A stretch of DNA of 64,000 bases from Lytechinus pictus (GCF_037042905.1 NC_087250.1:17362001-17426000), one strand, 5' to 3'; counted from the first letter of the stretch, positions 25,902-38,657 are shown. Numbers and translations: made by a program. Notes: generated by a model not told the origin, from the letters alone.

Positions 25902-26810
25902 CAGCTCTAGTTTATGACGTGAAGAAACTGGCACAGGATATGATATGATATAAGCTTCTAGATAAAAAGCAACGAACGTAGAGAGTAGCCGTGTGTTGCT
26001 GCCCTCTACATTCGTTGATTAAAAACTATACTTTATTCATTTTTATCTTTTTGGTCTATTGGTGTTTAGAAAAAAAATTTGAACTCCAACTTCCGGCAAT
26101 ATCCTAAGTGCTTTTATTTATGTCTCAATTGTGTTGAAGTAGAATAGCGATAGCAACCAATCGCATTCACTAATCTGTATGACGTAATCATTGGCAAGTA
26201 TGAGATAATTGCGCAGTAGGATGAATATACGTATTTCTGCGTACGTATTTTATTTCTTAGTCACTTCAGGATAATTATAAAACATAATTTATTGATTACA
26301 GAGGCATCCTATTGTTTAGAAATCATACATGATTATAAAGTACCCGTTTGAAAATCCAAGAATCATAATTGAGTCTGAAAAATACATAGCATTTGATTTA
26401 CGGATTTTTTTTCCATATTTAAGTTTTTAAAACAAACCGCGTTTGGAGGTGTTTGAAATGGTCAGTAAAAAAAAGATACAATGAACGATAAGAATAAACA
26501 GAAAAAAATTCATGAAATCATGAACATAGGAATGATTTCAATATTGTTTTATTATTTGAAATTTAGCACTAGTCATTATGATTTATTTTTTTCTTTCTAT
26601 GCATCTATCTGCTGATAGTTATTTCTCACTTATATTTTCAAGACATTTGTGTTCATATATCCCATTAATTTTCAAAGAATGGCAAAATGGTTTTCGAAAG
26701 ATTAATTTACAAAGTTATGTATCATTTTTGTCAATGTGCTTTCGACACATGGCTTGAAGAAACCAAAGATATTTCAATTAAAGGACTATATCACAAGGTT
26801 GCTAGTAACA

Positions 26811-26968
26811 ACTCTGTCACATATGTTCTACGGCCGCCGTACGGCGAGTCGAATACAGCCGTTTTAACATTTTTTGTACCAGCTAAATATCGGTGGATTG
26901 GATAAAAATGAATATAACAGCTGTTATAGACTCGACGTACGGCCGCCGTGGAGCAAATGTGACCGAGG
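26811..26968. mobile_element. Palindromic MITE
   Basis: Imperfect ~65-bp inverted arms, each containing acggccgccgt. Confidence 0.65.
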
Positions 26969-27157
26969 TATAAGGTAACGCAGTATTCACTATAGTTGAA
27001 GTTATTTTGGAGTTGGATAATTTTCCTAATTCTTTCTGAACGAGGCCTGTTAGGCTATGGTATTTTTTACGAATTCCTCCTAGAAACCCTGTAAGAATCG
27101 TTGTTTTCTTCATGAGCCACACACCTACATGGTTATCCTTTGAAATGATAAAGACTT

Positions 27158-27436
27158 TGGCCCGTATTCTAAAGTCGGGTTTTTCTTAGACCATAGACCG
27201 TGTTCTAATCTCTGTGCTAAAATTATGAGAATCCAAACATGTCAAATTTTTATTTACATTGTATGCTTATGTTTACTGCGCTCTTTCTTAATCCGTTAAT
27301 GGTGAAGATATCTATCTCATCATTTCCAGACAGTTAATGATTTCTCGAGTCAAATGACCTGAAACATGGAATCTCTACTCTTAGACTTTAAATTAGACCA
27401 GAGTTTGAACTAAACTCGACTTCAGAATACAGACCA
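27158..27436. mobile_element. MITE
   Basis: tggcccgtattctaaagtcgggtt ... aactcgacttcagaatacagacca. Confidence 0.6.
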
Positions 27437-27866
27437 TAGACTTTTATAATTATTAACCTGAACAAAGCGATGCGCTGTGTTTGGATAATTAGGAGGTCAG
27501 TTAAATTTATACGATGTTTTCTATACTTAAATTTTTTAATTGTTTCATTATAATTGACGTTATATTATATTGCAATGGAAACGGTATCAGCAGATACAGA
27601 AGAGAATAAATTTACTCTCAACTTATCAGAGAAAGGCAAATATGTTTGCAGATTTTTATCCCTTTTCTATCAATGTTAATTTTAATTTGTCATTTATCAT
27701 ACAATAGTAAGAAAGAAAGAAAGACATTGTTTTGTTCTATGCGATTTTAGGTTTGAATTTTTTTACTTCGTGATCATTCAAGATACTCTTTTTCATTGCG
27801 CACTTGAATTTATTTCTTGAGCAAGTTTGATTGGACGTGTAGTTCAAGAACGATAAACATTTAGCT

Positions 27867-28066
27867 TATACGCTGGGAAAGTTGTAGGCCATACGTCAAT
27901 CACTCTAGTGCGCATGTCCATTGCCACAAAGGGGCGGAGTCAAATAGTTCATTACTCTCGTCGCTATACTTGGAGACTTCTGTGTATGGAAGTGAAAAGA
28001 AAAGTAGCTATTGATTTCGAAATGTCATGGGTCAGCTAAAACGACGTTAACGATTCCCAGCGTATA
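27867..28066. mobile_element. Small TIR element containing a GC box and TGCGCATG
   Basis: tatacgctgggaa ... ttcccagcgtata inverted ends. Confidence 0.5.
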
Positions 28067-28404
28067 TACCTTAACTTAAACCTTACTTTAAAAGTACAAT
28101 TATTGAAGGGCATGTATAGGTTAGAAATCGTTTAAAATGGGTTTGCCATTGAGATGATATTGCACCTAGTTGCCATGGAGAGAAAATAAAAAAGAAATCA
28201 TTTTTGTGAATCCCTATACTCATGACTCGACAGAATTTTTTATCAATGCAAGTGGAATATTTGTGTTATTCTGTATGCTTTATATTATGTGTAATAGAAA
28301 CTGCGGTTAAGAAAGAGAATGTTTAAGTCTTTTGAGACAGCACGTCGGAATAGCCAGATCGCCCTGGCCTGCTCTAACCCAAGATTGAATCATGTTTCTG
28401 AGAC

Positions 28405-28657
28405 ATAATAGCTGGATTTTCTAAGCGCTCTTTGCCTGAGGATACGACTTAGAGCTGATAATATTACCCCAGCTAGTCGTGTTGCGTACAGGCGCTCTGG
28501 TATTCGAGAAATTTCTTCCCATTCACCTCACCTGGGTTGAGCGAAGCACAATAAAGGTAAATTTCTTGCTGAAGGAAAACACACCATGGCTGGGAATCGA
28601 ACCCACATCCCTCAGATTGAAAGACTAGAGTCATAATCACTAGATCACGTCTCCCCC
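28405..28657 (-). mobile_element. SINE; same insertion as the paralogous copies at 46801-47133 and 54458-54790
   Basis: Core ccattcacctcacctgggttgag, B box and shared flanks. Confidence 0.8.
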
Positions 28658-30071
28658 ACAGAATCCTGTATGGAGTACCCCAGGGCAATTATTTCGCACC
28701 TTACGTTTTTAATATTCCATCTTGTTTTGGACAAACACTTTCACATATCTCCTCTGAGGAACAGAATAGTCATGGATGCTAAATAAATCCGGACACGAAT
28801 GGACGTACCTCAGAATAAAAAACTTTAACTTTGAAAAGACAAAGTTCGTATATTTCAAAATCAACTGACTTACCGGATCCAGGATTTTGAAATGTATGAC
28901 ACACGAATACAGGCGCGGATCCAGGATTTCGTAGGGAGGGGGGCCCAAATTCGACCTGATTTTGGCGCCCCTGTGTACTTTTCTGAAAAAAATGGCGGCC
29001 CCTCCCTCCCCAGGCAATCATAAGTGCCTTAAATGCATGTTAAATTATCTTATTTCATAGGCACATGAAGAAGAGGCAATTGAATAATGGTTTTATAATG
29101 ATGTGTTCATGAATAAATGTAATATCACTTAAAAAAAAAAGGATCAATGCGAGCGCGAAGCGCGAGCGATTTCTACTTTAATCTTTTGATGCTTTCAATC
29201 TCGTTTAACTTATCATCAGAGTAGGCCCTGCTAGAATTATGTGAGCGGGAGCCAGGCGCGGATCCAGGATTTCTTAGGGGGCCCTAATTTCAATTTAAGT
29301 AATAATCGTGCCAAAATATTGACTCCCATTACCGAATGGGTAATGTCTAGTTACTTTACACAGAAACATCTCTTGCATTGTATAGGCATACTCCGTTCTT
29401 CTGGGTACTCCAATTTTTTTCTTTTCTACTTTTTGTTTCAGGGCTTGAAAAATCTTACGGGGATGACGCCCCTATATCGCCGCGTATGAACACTGGTTGT
29501 GCAATAACTAAATTGCATATTCTGCATGAAAGAAAATTAATGTTTTATTTTGGGTAATGTATTCTTGAAAAGATATACATGCTTTTTATTATAGAGTTGA
29601 TGTAGACTCAGTAGTCAGCACTCAGCATTTACTAATTGGGAGTGCACTGCCTACTTAGATCTGTAAGTGTTTGGATATATTATTTAATTTTTTTGTTATT
29701 CGCTTGAAATTTATTCAAAACAGTGAGTTGTCTCGTCAATCCTATTAAACAAACATTGGCTCTTCCGATCTTGTAACAGTCATATCAAGTATCAAAAGGT
29801 TATGTATCTTATAATCTTGCTCAAATTGTATATACTCCAAATAGATTTTTTTAAAGAAACAGAATGCGTGTAAACGGTGTAAATAAAACAAATATAAGAT
29901 ACTAAAGATAAATATGCTGTAAAAATATACTTTATTGGCAATGTCTATATAAATATGAAAACAATGCTCTTACGTTCGCATCATTTTGGACGATAAGTTC
30001 TTATCTCTCTCTTTCATACAATACAAGTGAAACATGAATTCCAAGGTCCCATGTATCTTGTATACATCAAC

Positions 30072-31604
30072 CAGTGGCGTACCGTGGGCCACGGCATTGG
30101 GGGGGGGGCACCAGCAACAATTTTGAGTCACTTAGGGAGCGCGCGAAGCGCGCTCAGTTGTCAGGTATACTGACCTAATAGAGATATTTTAAGGACATGC
30201 AGTGCCATTAAACGGATATGTACTTCACTTATTAGATAATGCGAAGCGCGAGCTGAAAATTTTTGATATTCAGAGCTAAAATGGGACATTATAAGCAAAT
30301 TTTTTGTAATCATGATACGTAACTATCTCGCTAAACAACAATGCGAGTGCGAAGCGCGAGCTAAAATTTTTGTATAAATTGACCCTAAACTGGGAAATTT
30401 TAAGGACTATATTTTAGAATCCATTAAGAGTATAAATATCTCACCATAGTCATCTAATGCTAGTGCCATCCTTTGCTGATTTTGTTAGAATTACATCTAA
30501 GCACAGTCATGAAGCACCTTTTGTAGCTATTGTAATCATGATTGTCATACGCATCTCACTAATCAAATGCTGCGAGCGCAAAGCGCGAGCTGAAAATTTA
30601 GGAAATTCAGACCTGAAGAGGGGCATTCTAAGGCTTGTTTGTAGGAATTCTCTAAGACCGTACGTATTTCACTAACCAAATGATGCGGGCGCGAAACGCG
30701 AGTTTAAATTTTTTTTTATATATTGACCCCAAACATGGATATTTTAAGGAATCCATTAAGAGTATACATATCTCACCATAGTCATCTAATGCGAGTGCCA
30801 AGCGCTTGCTGATTTTGTTAGAATTACATCTAAACACGTGAAGCAAGTTTTGAAGTCATTGTAATCATGATTATCATACGCATTTCACTAATCAAATGCT
30901 GCGAGCGCGAAGCGCGAGCTGAAATTTTTTGATATTCAGATCTGAAAAATTGACATTTTAGGGACCGATTTTAGGAGTTCATGAAGAGCAGAAATCCCAC
31001 AATCAACTAATGCAAACGTTAGCACGGGCAGGAAATGTTTTATATTAAGAACTTATAATAGGGCAATCACTTTAAGTAGTCATGAAAAAGAAGTATATGT
31101 CACTACATAAAACAATAATAACTCGAATTGCGAGGAAATATATTTGTTGTATATTGATTTGAAAACGGGAGGTTTTAGTAAAACATTATTATATATCTCG
31201 TTAAACAGTCTATGCGAGCACCAGGGGAGCGTTTCATGAAAGGACTTGTCGGACGTTTTACTCGACAAGTCCTGTTTAATCCGACAGTTACCATAGTAAC
31301 ACTGCCTCTCAGCCAATCAAAATCAAGGAAAGATGTCAGATCTGACAACTTTTCGGACAGACATGTTGATGAAACGCTCCCCAGGAACAATGAAGACACA
31401 ATGAAGCAAATAATGTTTCATAAAGTTATGAAAAAATGCTTCTTATATTTTTCTCATTATTTATTTCAATAATTTCTTCTTTCCCCACTACGTTTCTCTT
31501 CCTTTTTCCCTCTTTTTCTCCTTTTCCCCGTTTTTTTTTTTTTTTTTGCCAGCCGATTGGGGGGGGGGCACGTGCCCCCCATGCCCCCCGTAGTTACGCC
31601 ACTG
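30072..31604 (+). mobile_element. Nested hAT-like element
   Basis: TIR CAGTGGCGTA and 8-bp TSD ACATCAAC. Confidence 0.9.
31225..31381. mobile_element. CWG-target MITE nested in 30072-31604
   Basis: GGGAGCGTTTCAT TIRs, CAG TSD; empty site in the sister copy at ~34712. Confidence 0.85.
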
Positions 31605-32374
31605 ACATCAACTATTTCAAGATGTAACAATAAATGTAAATGATAGCAATACAGTTTAGGCCTAAATAAATAAATGTAATAGTTTCGGTGGAATTCGTTT
31701 AAAAAAATACATGATTTCCCACTGTAGGTTGGTAACGAAAAGGTGTCGTATCATCAACTGTATCTAGCTGTCTTTTTATTACTACATGAAACAAAAATAT
31801 TGGAACGATATAAACATGTAAACCATAGAGTTATTTCAGTTATTTGAGTATTTGACGATTCGTCAAAAAATAAAAAAAAACGCATCCGAAACTTTCACCA
31901 TTACAATGAAAGTTTCATTTATTCCTTTACATATTGTAAGTAAACTTCAACATTTCTGTAAATAATATATATCAATATATCTATACACAATTAAGTTCAC
32001 ATGGTGGTATACTGCACATCCTATTTCAGAATATGATATGCGTTGTGGTATGAATGTCTACCCACCTAGAACATGCAAAACGTTTACTAGTAACTAGTGA
32101 CTATACTACTAGACCGATTTTTACTCAAACGACTTTCCAATAGAGAAATAACAAGAAAACATTCACCTAAGAATAGAAATCCTCATTTGTTCTGATAAAT
32201 ATCAAGAGTATCAGTACAAAATGTTAACAGTGTCAGTATAAAATGTAACTTGAAATTAACAGAAATGTCAAAGAAAATCGGTTAGGCCTATTCAATCTGC
32301 TCAGATTAAAGAATAACATATAATGTTATGCAGGGCCCGCTGGTAACTGAAGTGGCTACCCTGGGTAATAAAAC

Positions 32375-32409
<35 letters not shown>

Positions 32410-32828
32410 GAATAATACTCTCACTACTGCTAACGTTATATAATTGTTGGCCGTGTACTCCATTCACCGTCCAATTGAAACATAGGACATATATATAATA
32501 TTATATTCCACTTGTTAACATTATATTTTCCAATCCGTTTGGGATTAGTGGCTTAAGTGTTGCAAGCAATATAAAAACAACAGTTAAAATCACACGCTTC
32601 TCATACATTTGTCAAAGTGTAGAGTGCTTCCCTTCATGCAAGAAGAATTCACAACTCTTATTCATATTTTGTTTCTTAGCCTTTAATAAACAAGAGCGAC
32701 TTTTGTTAGGAATAGAGTTATGGAGTGCTCAGCTCGTGAAGCTCACGAATTACTCATGAAAATATTGACGAATTGTATACGTGCCCCCTACTAAAACATG
32801 TTACAAAAGTCGCTAGGACAGAACATAA

Positions 32829-33190
32829 TTTTTGTCTCGCCTACATAGCAGAGCGAGACAATAATTGGCGCCTCTTTTTGACGATGGGGACGGCGTCAAC
32901 ACTGAAATCTTAACCAAATTTAAGAAATGTTATAGTCCATGAAACTTGGAAACAAGGGTAATAAAGTATAGCGGAATATCCTGACTACGTTTGTTTAAGG
33001 TAACATGACCAAGGTCAAAGGTAATTTAGGGTCAATGCAGGCCTGGCCGCCTGGGTCAATGAACTTAGAAAATGTTGGGAGAATCAACATCGAAATCTTA
33101 CCAAAATTAATTTTTTGAAATGTCGACATAAATTAGGTTATGGATCTACTAGTAATTCATGAAATTTAGACATAAAAGCAATCAAATATC
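32829..33190 (+). mobile_element. Helentron-associated (HINE/DINE-1-like) element, 5' part
   Basis: T-run, then gtctcgcctacatagcagagcgagac hairpin and gaaacttgga... tandem units; family of 59380. Confidence 0.6.
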
Positions 33191-34455
33191 CGCTTGTTAT
33201 ACGTTACGCGTTTCACTTGTTATACATCGTTAGGATCATCAATGACACAGGAAAGCCTCATCTTTCGAGGATGGGAAGTGGCGAAATCCTTGACAACTTT
33301 GTCATTGTCGACTTCAAGGTCTCTATGTAGCAACATCATTGCCAGTCCATTCAGTCTCACCCATGCGCGGAAATCTGTCCCCAAAGGTAGGGGGGGACCA
33401 CAGGGGCGGATCCAGCCTTCGCCAATGGGGGGTGGGGCAAAAAAAAATTTAATCCCCGATCGGCCGCTAGAAGATGATTTTTGTTTGTTTCATTGAAGGG
33501 GTAGTCCTCATGGTCACTTCTAAGCTTTATTCTTATAAATCAACATAAATATATAATATCATAATCCTTATTTATATAATGCGAGCGCGAAGCGCGAGCT
33601 AAATTTTTTTGGGGAAATTTTATGTATTTTTTCCTAAAATCTGAACAATCTGGGCAATGTTTGTTATCCTGAAAAAGATGTGTATGCAACTAAATAATTA
33701 CTTTGAACGCGAAGTGCGAGCAGAAATGAACTGATGGAAAAGGTACCTGTTAAAGACTGCTTGCAGTTAGCCATGAAGACGTTACATATTTCAACAATCA
33801 AATAATACGAGCGCAAAGCGCGAGCTGAAATTTTGGGAAATTTTTACCTCAAGAATGGAAATTCTAAGCACTTTTTGCAACTTAAACAGAATAGGTATAT
33901 AACTAAACAATTGATGGAAAATGAAAAATTTTGAGATTTAAACATAAGAACGAGACACTCTATTCATGTTTTGTAAATCATGAAAAGGATGAGTAATGTG
34001 GGGTCTTTCTACATTAATGAAGCGAGCACAAAGCGCGAGCAGAATTTTTTGATATTGTGATCTAAAACTGGATGATTTAAATAGAGAACGAGTTGAATAT
34101 CTGAACAAACATGCGCGCACGTGTTTCAGATTTAGACCTAGAAAAAAAAGTCAATTTCAGCTCTATATTTCAAGCACTTTGTAGGAAAATAGTGAGGTGG
34201 ATATGGATCGCACTTCATAAAGAGCTGATATTTTTCACTATTATTTGAGTTTTTACATAGGAGCGGGACATCCTTAGGACATGTCATCATATGAAAATTA
34301 TGACTATCTTCATATTCTTCTTGCTAAGTGCGAGATTAAACAAAAGGGACAATTTAATCATTAAATTAATATCTTATTTATTAATGCCTAATGAGGGCGA
34401 GAAAATCTGATTATATTTTGGCCTGAAAACTGGACATTTCAAGCACTATTGTAAT

Positions 34456-35640
34456 CAGTGGCGTAACTACGGGGGGGCATGGGGGGGCACGTGCCCCCCC
34501 AATCGGCTGACCCCCCCCCAAAAAAAAAAAAAAAAAACGGGGAAAAGGAGAAAAAGAGGGAGAAAGGAAGAGAAACGAAGTGGGAAAGAAGACATTATTG
34601 TTCATTATAATGTTATATTATAATTATGTTATGTTATATTACATAAGAAACTTTTTTTTTTTCATAACTTTATGAAACATAATTTGCTCAGGGCCTATGT
34701 CCTCATTGTTCCTGGTGCTCGCATCGTCTGTTTACCGAGATATATAATCCTGTTATACTAAAACCTCCCGTTTTCAAGTCAATATACACCAAACTGCAAA
34801 ATATATTTCCTCGCACTTCGAGTTATTGTTTTATGTACAATAGTATGCTTCTTTTTCATGACTACTTAAAGTGATTGCCCCATTTTAAGGTCTTGATATA
34901 AAACATTTCCTGTCCGTGCTTACGTTCGCAGTAGTGGGTTGGTGAAATATGTCTGCTTTCCATGGATTCCTAGAATCAGTCCTTAAATGTCCCTCTTTCT
35001 AATCTGAATATCAAAAATGTTCGGCTCGCGCTTCGCGCTCGCATCATTTGGTTAGTGAACTACGTATGGTCTTCGTGAATTTCTACAAACAAGCCTTAAA
35101 ATGCCCCTCTTCAGGTCTGAATTTCCTAAATTTTCAGCTCGCGCTTCGCGCTTGCAAGATTTGATTAGTGAAATGGGTATGTTAATCATGATTACAAGTG
35201 CTTTATGTGCATGTTTAGATGTAATTCTAACAAAATCAGCAAGCGCTTATTGGCACTCGCATTAGATGACTATGGTGAGATGTGTATACTCTCAATGCAT
35301 TCCTAAAATATAGTCCTTAAAATCTTCCTGTTTTGGGGTCAATATTTACAAAAATTTCAGCTCGCGCTTCGCGCTCGCATTATTTAGCGAGACAGGTACA
35401 TATCATGATTACAAAAGATTGATTATAATGTCCCTTTTTAGGTCTAAATATCAAAAATTTTAAGCTCGCGCTTCGCGCTCGCATTATTTGACCAGTGAGA
35501 AACATATCCGTTTAATGGCACTGTCCTTAAAATGTCTCTATTAGGTATACCTGGCAGCTGGGCGCGCTTCGCGCGCTCACTTAGTGACTCAAAACTTTTG
35601 CTGGTGCCCCCCCAATGCCGTGACCCACGGTACGCCACTG
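34456..35640 (-). mobile_element. Nested hAT-like element, inverted sister of 30072-31604
   Basis: TIR CAGTGGCGTA, 8-bp TSD ATTGTAAT, reverse-complement homology to the first copy. Confidence 0.9.
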
Positions 35641-36291
35641 ATTGTAATTATGAATAGGATGCATCAGTTAAAATATTTTTTAACCATTAATGAGAGCGCA
35701 AATCGCGAGCCAAAATCTTGATAAGCTGAAAATCAATGTTGAGACATACATAACTCGCCAATCAAATCTGATACGTTTTGACAATCAAGACTTGAAATGG
35801 GATATTTTCAAAACAAAATGGAATACACGAAAATAATAGGTACTTGATAAATCGAAATTTGCGAGCGCGTAGCGCGAGCAGAAAATGTTAATATTCAGGC
35901 CATAAAGCTGTCATTTTTAGAAAGCACTCTTTAAAAATCAGTTTTTAAATCAAACAAAATAACGAAACTTCGATTTACGAGGTGAAATGTGTAATGTGAA
36001 ATGGTGAAATGTGATAATGTGTAATGCCCATCCAGGAGGGCCCCTCGGGCCCTCCTGGTAAAAAAGTAAAGTAAAAAAAGTAAAGTAAAACAAAAAAGAA
36101 GGTTTTCACCCATTTAAAATGTAAGGTCATTTTAATAGTTTTAAATACATGTATTATTTCGAATGTGAATGATGTATTTTTCTCCATCATAAAAGACCAA
36201 AATAGTAGGGGGGAGATTTGATATTGTGTCTCCCCTACTATTTTTGGTAGGGGGGACACGTCCCCCCTGTCCCCCTGTGATTTCCGCCCAT

Positions 36292-37371
36292 GGCGCCCCC
36301 TAGTTCAAACATCAATGTGGTGCCCCTAGTTCGAACATCAATTCGGCGCCCCCCCCCCCCTAGTTCGAGTATCAATTCGGCGCCCATGCATGTAGGTCCA
36401 ACATCAATTTGGCGCCCCTAGTTCGAATGTCAATTCGGCGCCCCTACATGTAGGTCGTTCATCAATTCGGCCCCCAGTTCGAACATCATTTTAACATCCC
36501 TTCGAACATCATTTCGGCGCCCTCCTAGTTCGAATATCAATTCGGCGCCCATGCATGTAGGTCCAACATCAATTTGGCGCCCCTAGTTCGAATATCAATT
36601 CGGCGCCCCTACATGTAGGTCGTTCTTCAATTCGGCCCCCAGTTCGAACATCATTTTGGCATCCCTTCGAACTCAATGTGCCTTCCCTAGTTCGAATATC
36701 ATTTGGCCCCCCCCTAGCTCGAGTATCAAATTGGCGCCCCCCTAGTTTGAACATCAATTCGGCGCCCCCTAGTTTGAGTATCGATTTGGCGCCCCCCCCC
36801 CCCCTAGCTCTAACATCGATTCGGTCCCCCCCCCCCCCCCCCCCCAGTTCGAGTATCAATTTGGCGCCCCAGTTCGAACATCATTTTAACATCCCTTCGA
36901 ACATCATTTCGGCGCCCTCCTAGATCGAATATCAATTCGGCGCCCCTACATGTAGGTCCAACATCAATTTGGCGCCCCATAGTTCGAGTATCAATTTGGC
37001 GCCCCCTAGTTCAAACATCAATCCTGAGCCCCCCTAGTTCGAGTATCAATCTGGCGCCCCCAGTTCGAACATCATTTTAACATCTCTTCGAACATCATTT
37101 CGGCGCCCTCCTAGTTCGAATATCAATTCGGCGCCCCTACATGTAGGTCCAACATCAATTTGGCGCCCCTAGTTCGAATATCATTTCGCCCCCCCCCTCC
37201 TAGCTCGAGTATCAATTGTCGCCCCCTAGTTCGAACATCAATTTGGCGCCCCTACGTCGAACATCAATCCCCCCCCCCCCCCGTTCAAACATCAATTCGG
37301 CCCCCAGTTCGAACATCATTTTGACATTCCTTCGAACATCATTTCGGCGCCCTTTTGGTTCGAACATCATT
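36292..37371. repeat. ~30-bp satellite (ggcgcccctagttcgaacatcaatt) with higher-order blocks
   Basis: More than 30 units; variant blocks atcattttaacatcccttcgaac and catgtaggtc recur every ~160-240 bp. Confidence 0.92.
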
Positions 37372-38478
37372 TTCTTTCCTCCTCTTCCTCTTTTTTTTTC
37401 TTCTCGTCCTTCCCCCTCTTCCTCTCCCCTTTTTTTCTTTTCTTTCCCCTTTCTCTCTCTTTTTTCTTCTCTTCTTTCTTCCCTCTTCCTCTCTCTTCCC
37501 CCCTCTTCTTTCTCCTCTTCCTCTTTTTTCTCCCCCTCCCCCTGCCTTTTCTTCTCTTCCTTCCCCCTCTTCCTCTTTTTTCTCTTTCTTTCCCCTCTTC
37601 TTCTCCTTTTTTCTTCTTTCTTTCCCCTCTTTTTTTTTCTTTTCTTTCCCCTCTCTTTTTTTTCTCTTCTTTCCTCCCCTTCCTCTCTCTCCTTTTCTTT
37701 CCCCTCTTCCTCTTTTTTTCTCCCCTCCCTTTTCTTCTCTTCCTTTCCCCTTTTCTTTTCTCCCCCTTCTCTCTTTTTTTCCTCTTCTTTCTTCCCTCTT
37801 CCTCTCTCTCCTTTTCCTTTTCCCCTCTTCCTCCCCCCTCTTCTTCCCCCCCTCCCCCTCCCTTTTTCTTCTCTTCCTTCCCCCTCTCCCTCTTTTTTCT
37901 CTTTCTTTCCCCTCTTCTTCTCCTTTTTTCTTTCCCCTCTTCTTTTTTCTTCTTTTCTTTCCCCTCTCTTTTTTCTTCTCTTCTTTCCTCCCTCCTTTTC
38001 TTTTCCCCTCTTCCTCTTTTTCTTCCCCCTCTCCCTCCCCTCCCTTTTCTTCTCTTCCTCTTTTTTCTCCTTTTCTTTCCTCTTTTTCCTCTCTCTCTCT
38101 TTTTTTCTCCTTTCCCTCTCTTTTCCTTTCTCTTTCTTTCCCCTTTTCCTCTCCCTTTTCCTTCCCTTCCTTCCCCCTCTTTCCTTTTTCTTCTTTTCTT
38201 TCCCCTTTTCCTCTCTCTTTTTTCTCCTCTTCTTCCTTCCCCCTTTTCCTCTCTTTTCCCCTCTTCTTTTCCCCTTTCTCTCTCTTCTCTTCTTTCCTCC
38301 TTCCTCTTTTTTTCCCCTCCTTTTTCTTTCCTCCTCTCCCCTATCTCCTTTCCTCTTTTCTCTCCCCCTTTTCCTCTCTCTTTTTTCTACCCTTCTTCCC
38401 CCTCTTCCTTTCTTCTTTTTCTTCATTTCTCTCCCCTCTTCCCCTCTTTTTCCTCTTTCTTTCCTCTTTTTTTTTTTG
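37372..38478. repeat. 1.1-kb polypyrimidine (C/T) low-complexity tract
   Basis: Only about five purines on the + strand. Confidence 0.95.
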
Positions 38479-38657
38479 CCGAAGGGGGGGGGGCCAAGGC
38501 CCCCTCGGCCCCCCCCCCATGGATCCGCGCCTGCACGAATAGCAATTTAGAGAGGGGTGTGTACCTCCGCCTGGAATAGCAAACCAAGAAGATTGACAGT
38601 TGAATTTTAGGACTTGATTTTTTTTTCAAACTCCGTCTGAATCATTGTGAAGTATTT

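Larger units (their letters stand above)
28910..38533 (+). mobile_element. 9.6-kb composite hAT-like non-autonomous element
   Basis: TIR CAGGCGCGGATCCA / TGGATCCGCGCCTG; 8-bp TSD CACGAATA (28902-28909, 38534-38541). The flanks are contiguous (empty site) in the paralogous units at ~47370 and ~55030. Confidence 0.85.

Noticed and set aside
36292..37371. CRISPR-like array
   Set aside because: No unique spacers, no cas genes, eukaryotic context; it is a satellite.
37212..38550. Three ~400-aa ORFs (K/E/R/G-rich or F/S/L/P-rich)
   Set aside because: By-products of a stop-free C/T tract and the adjoining satellite; open in several frames and on both strands.
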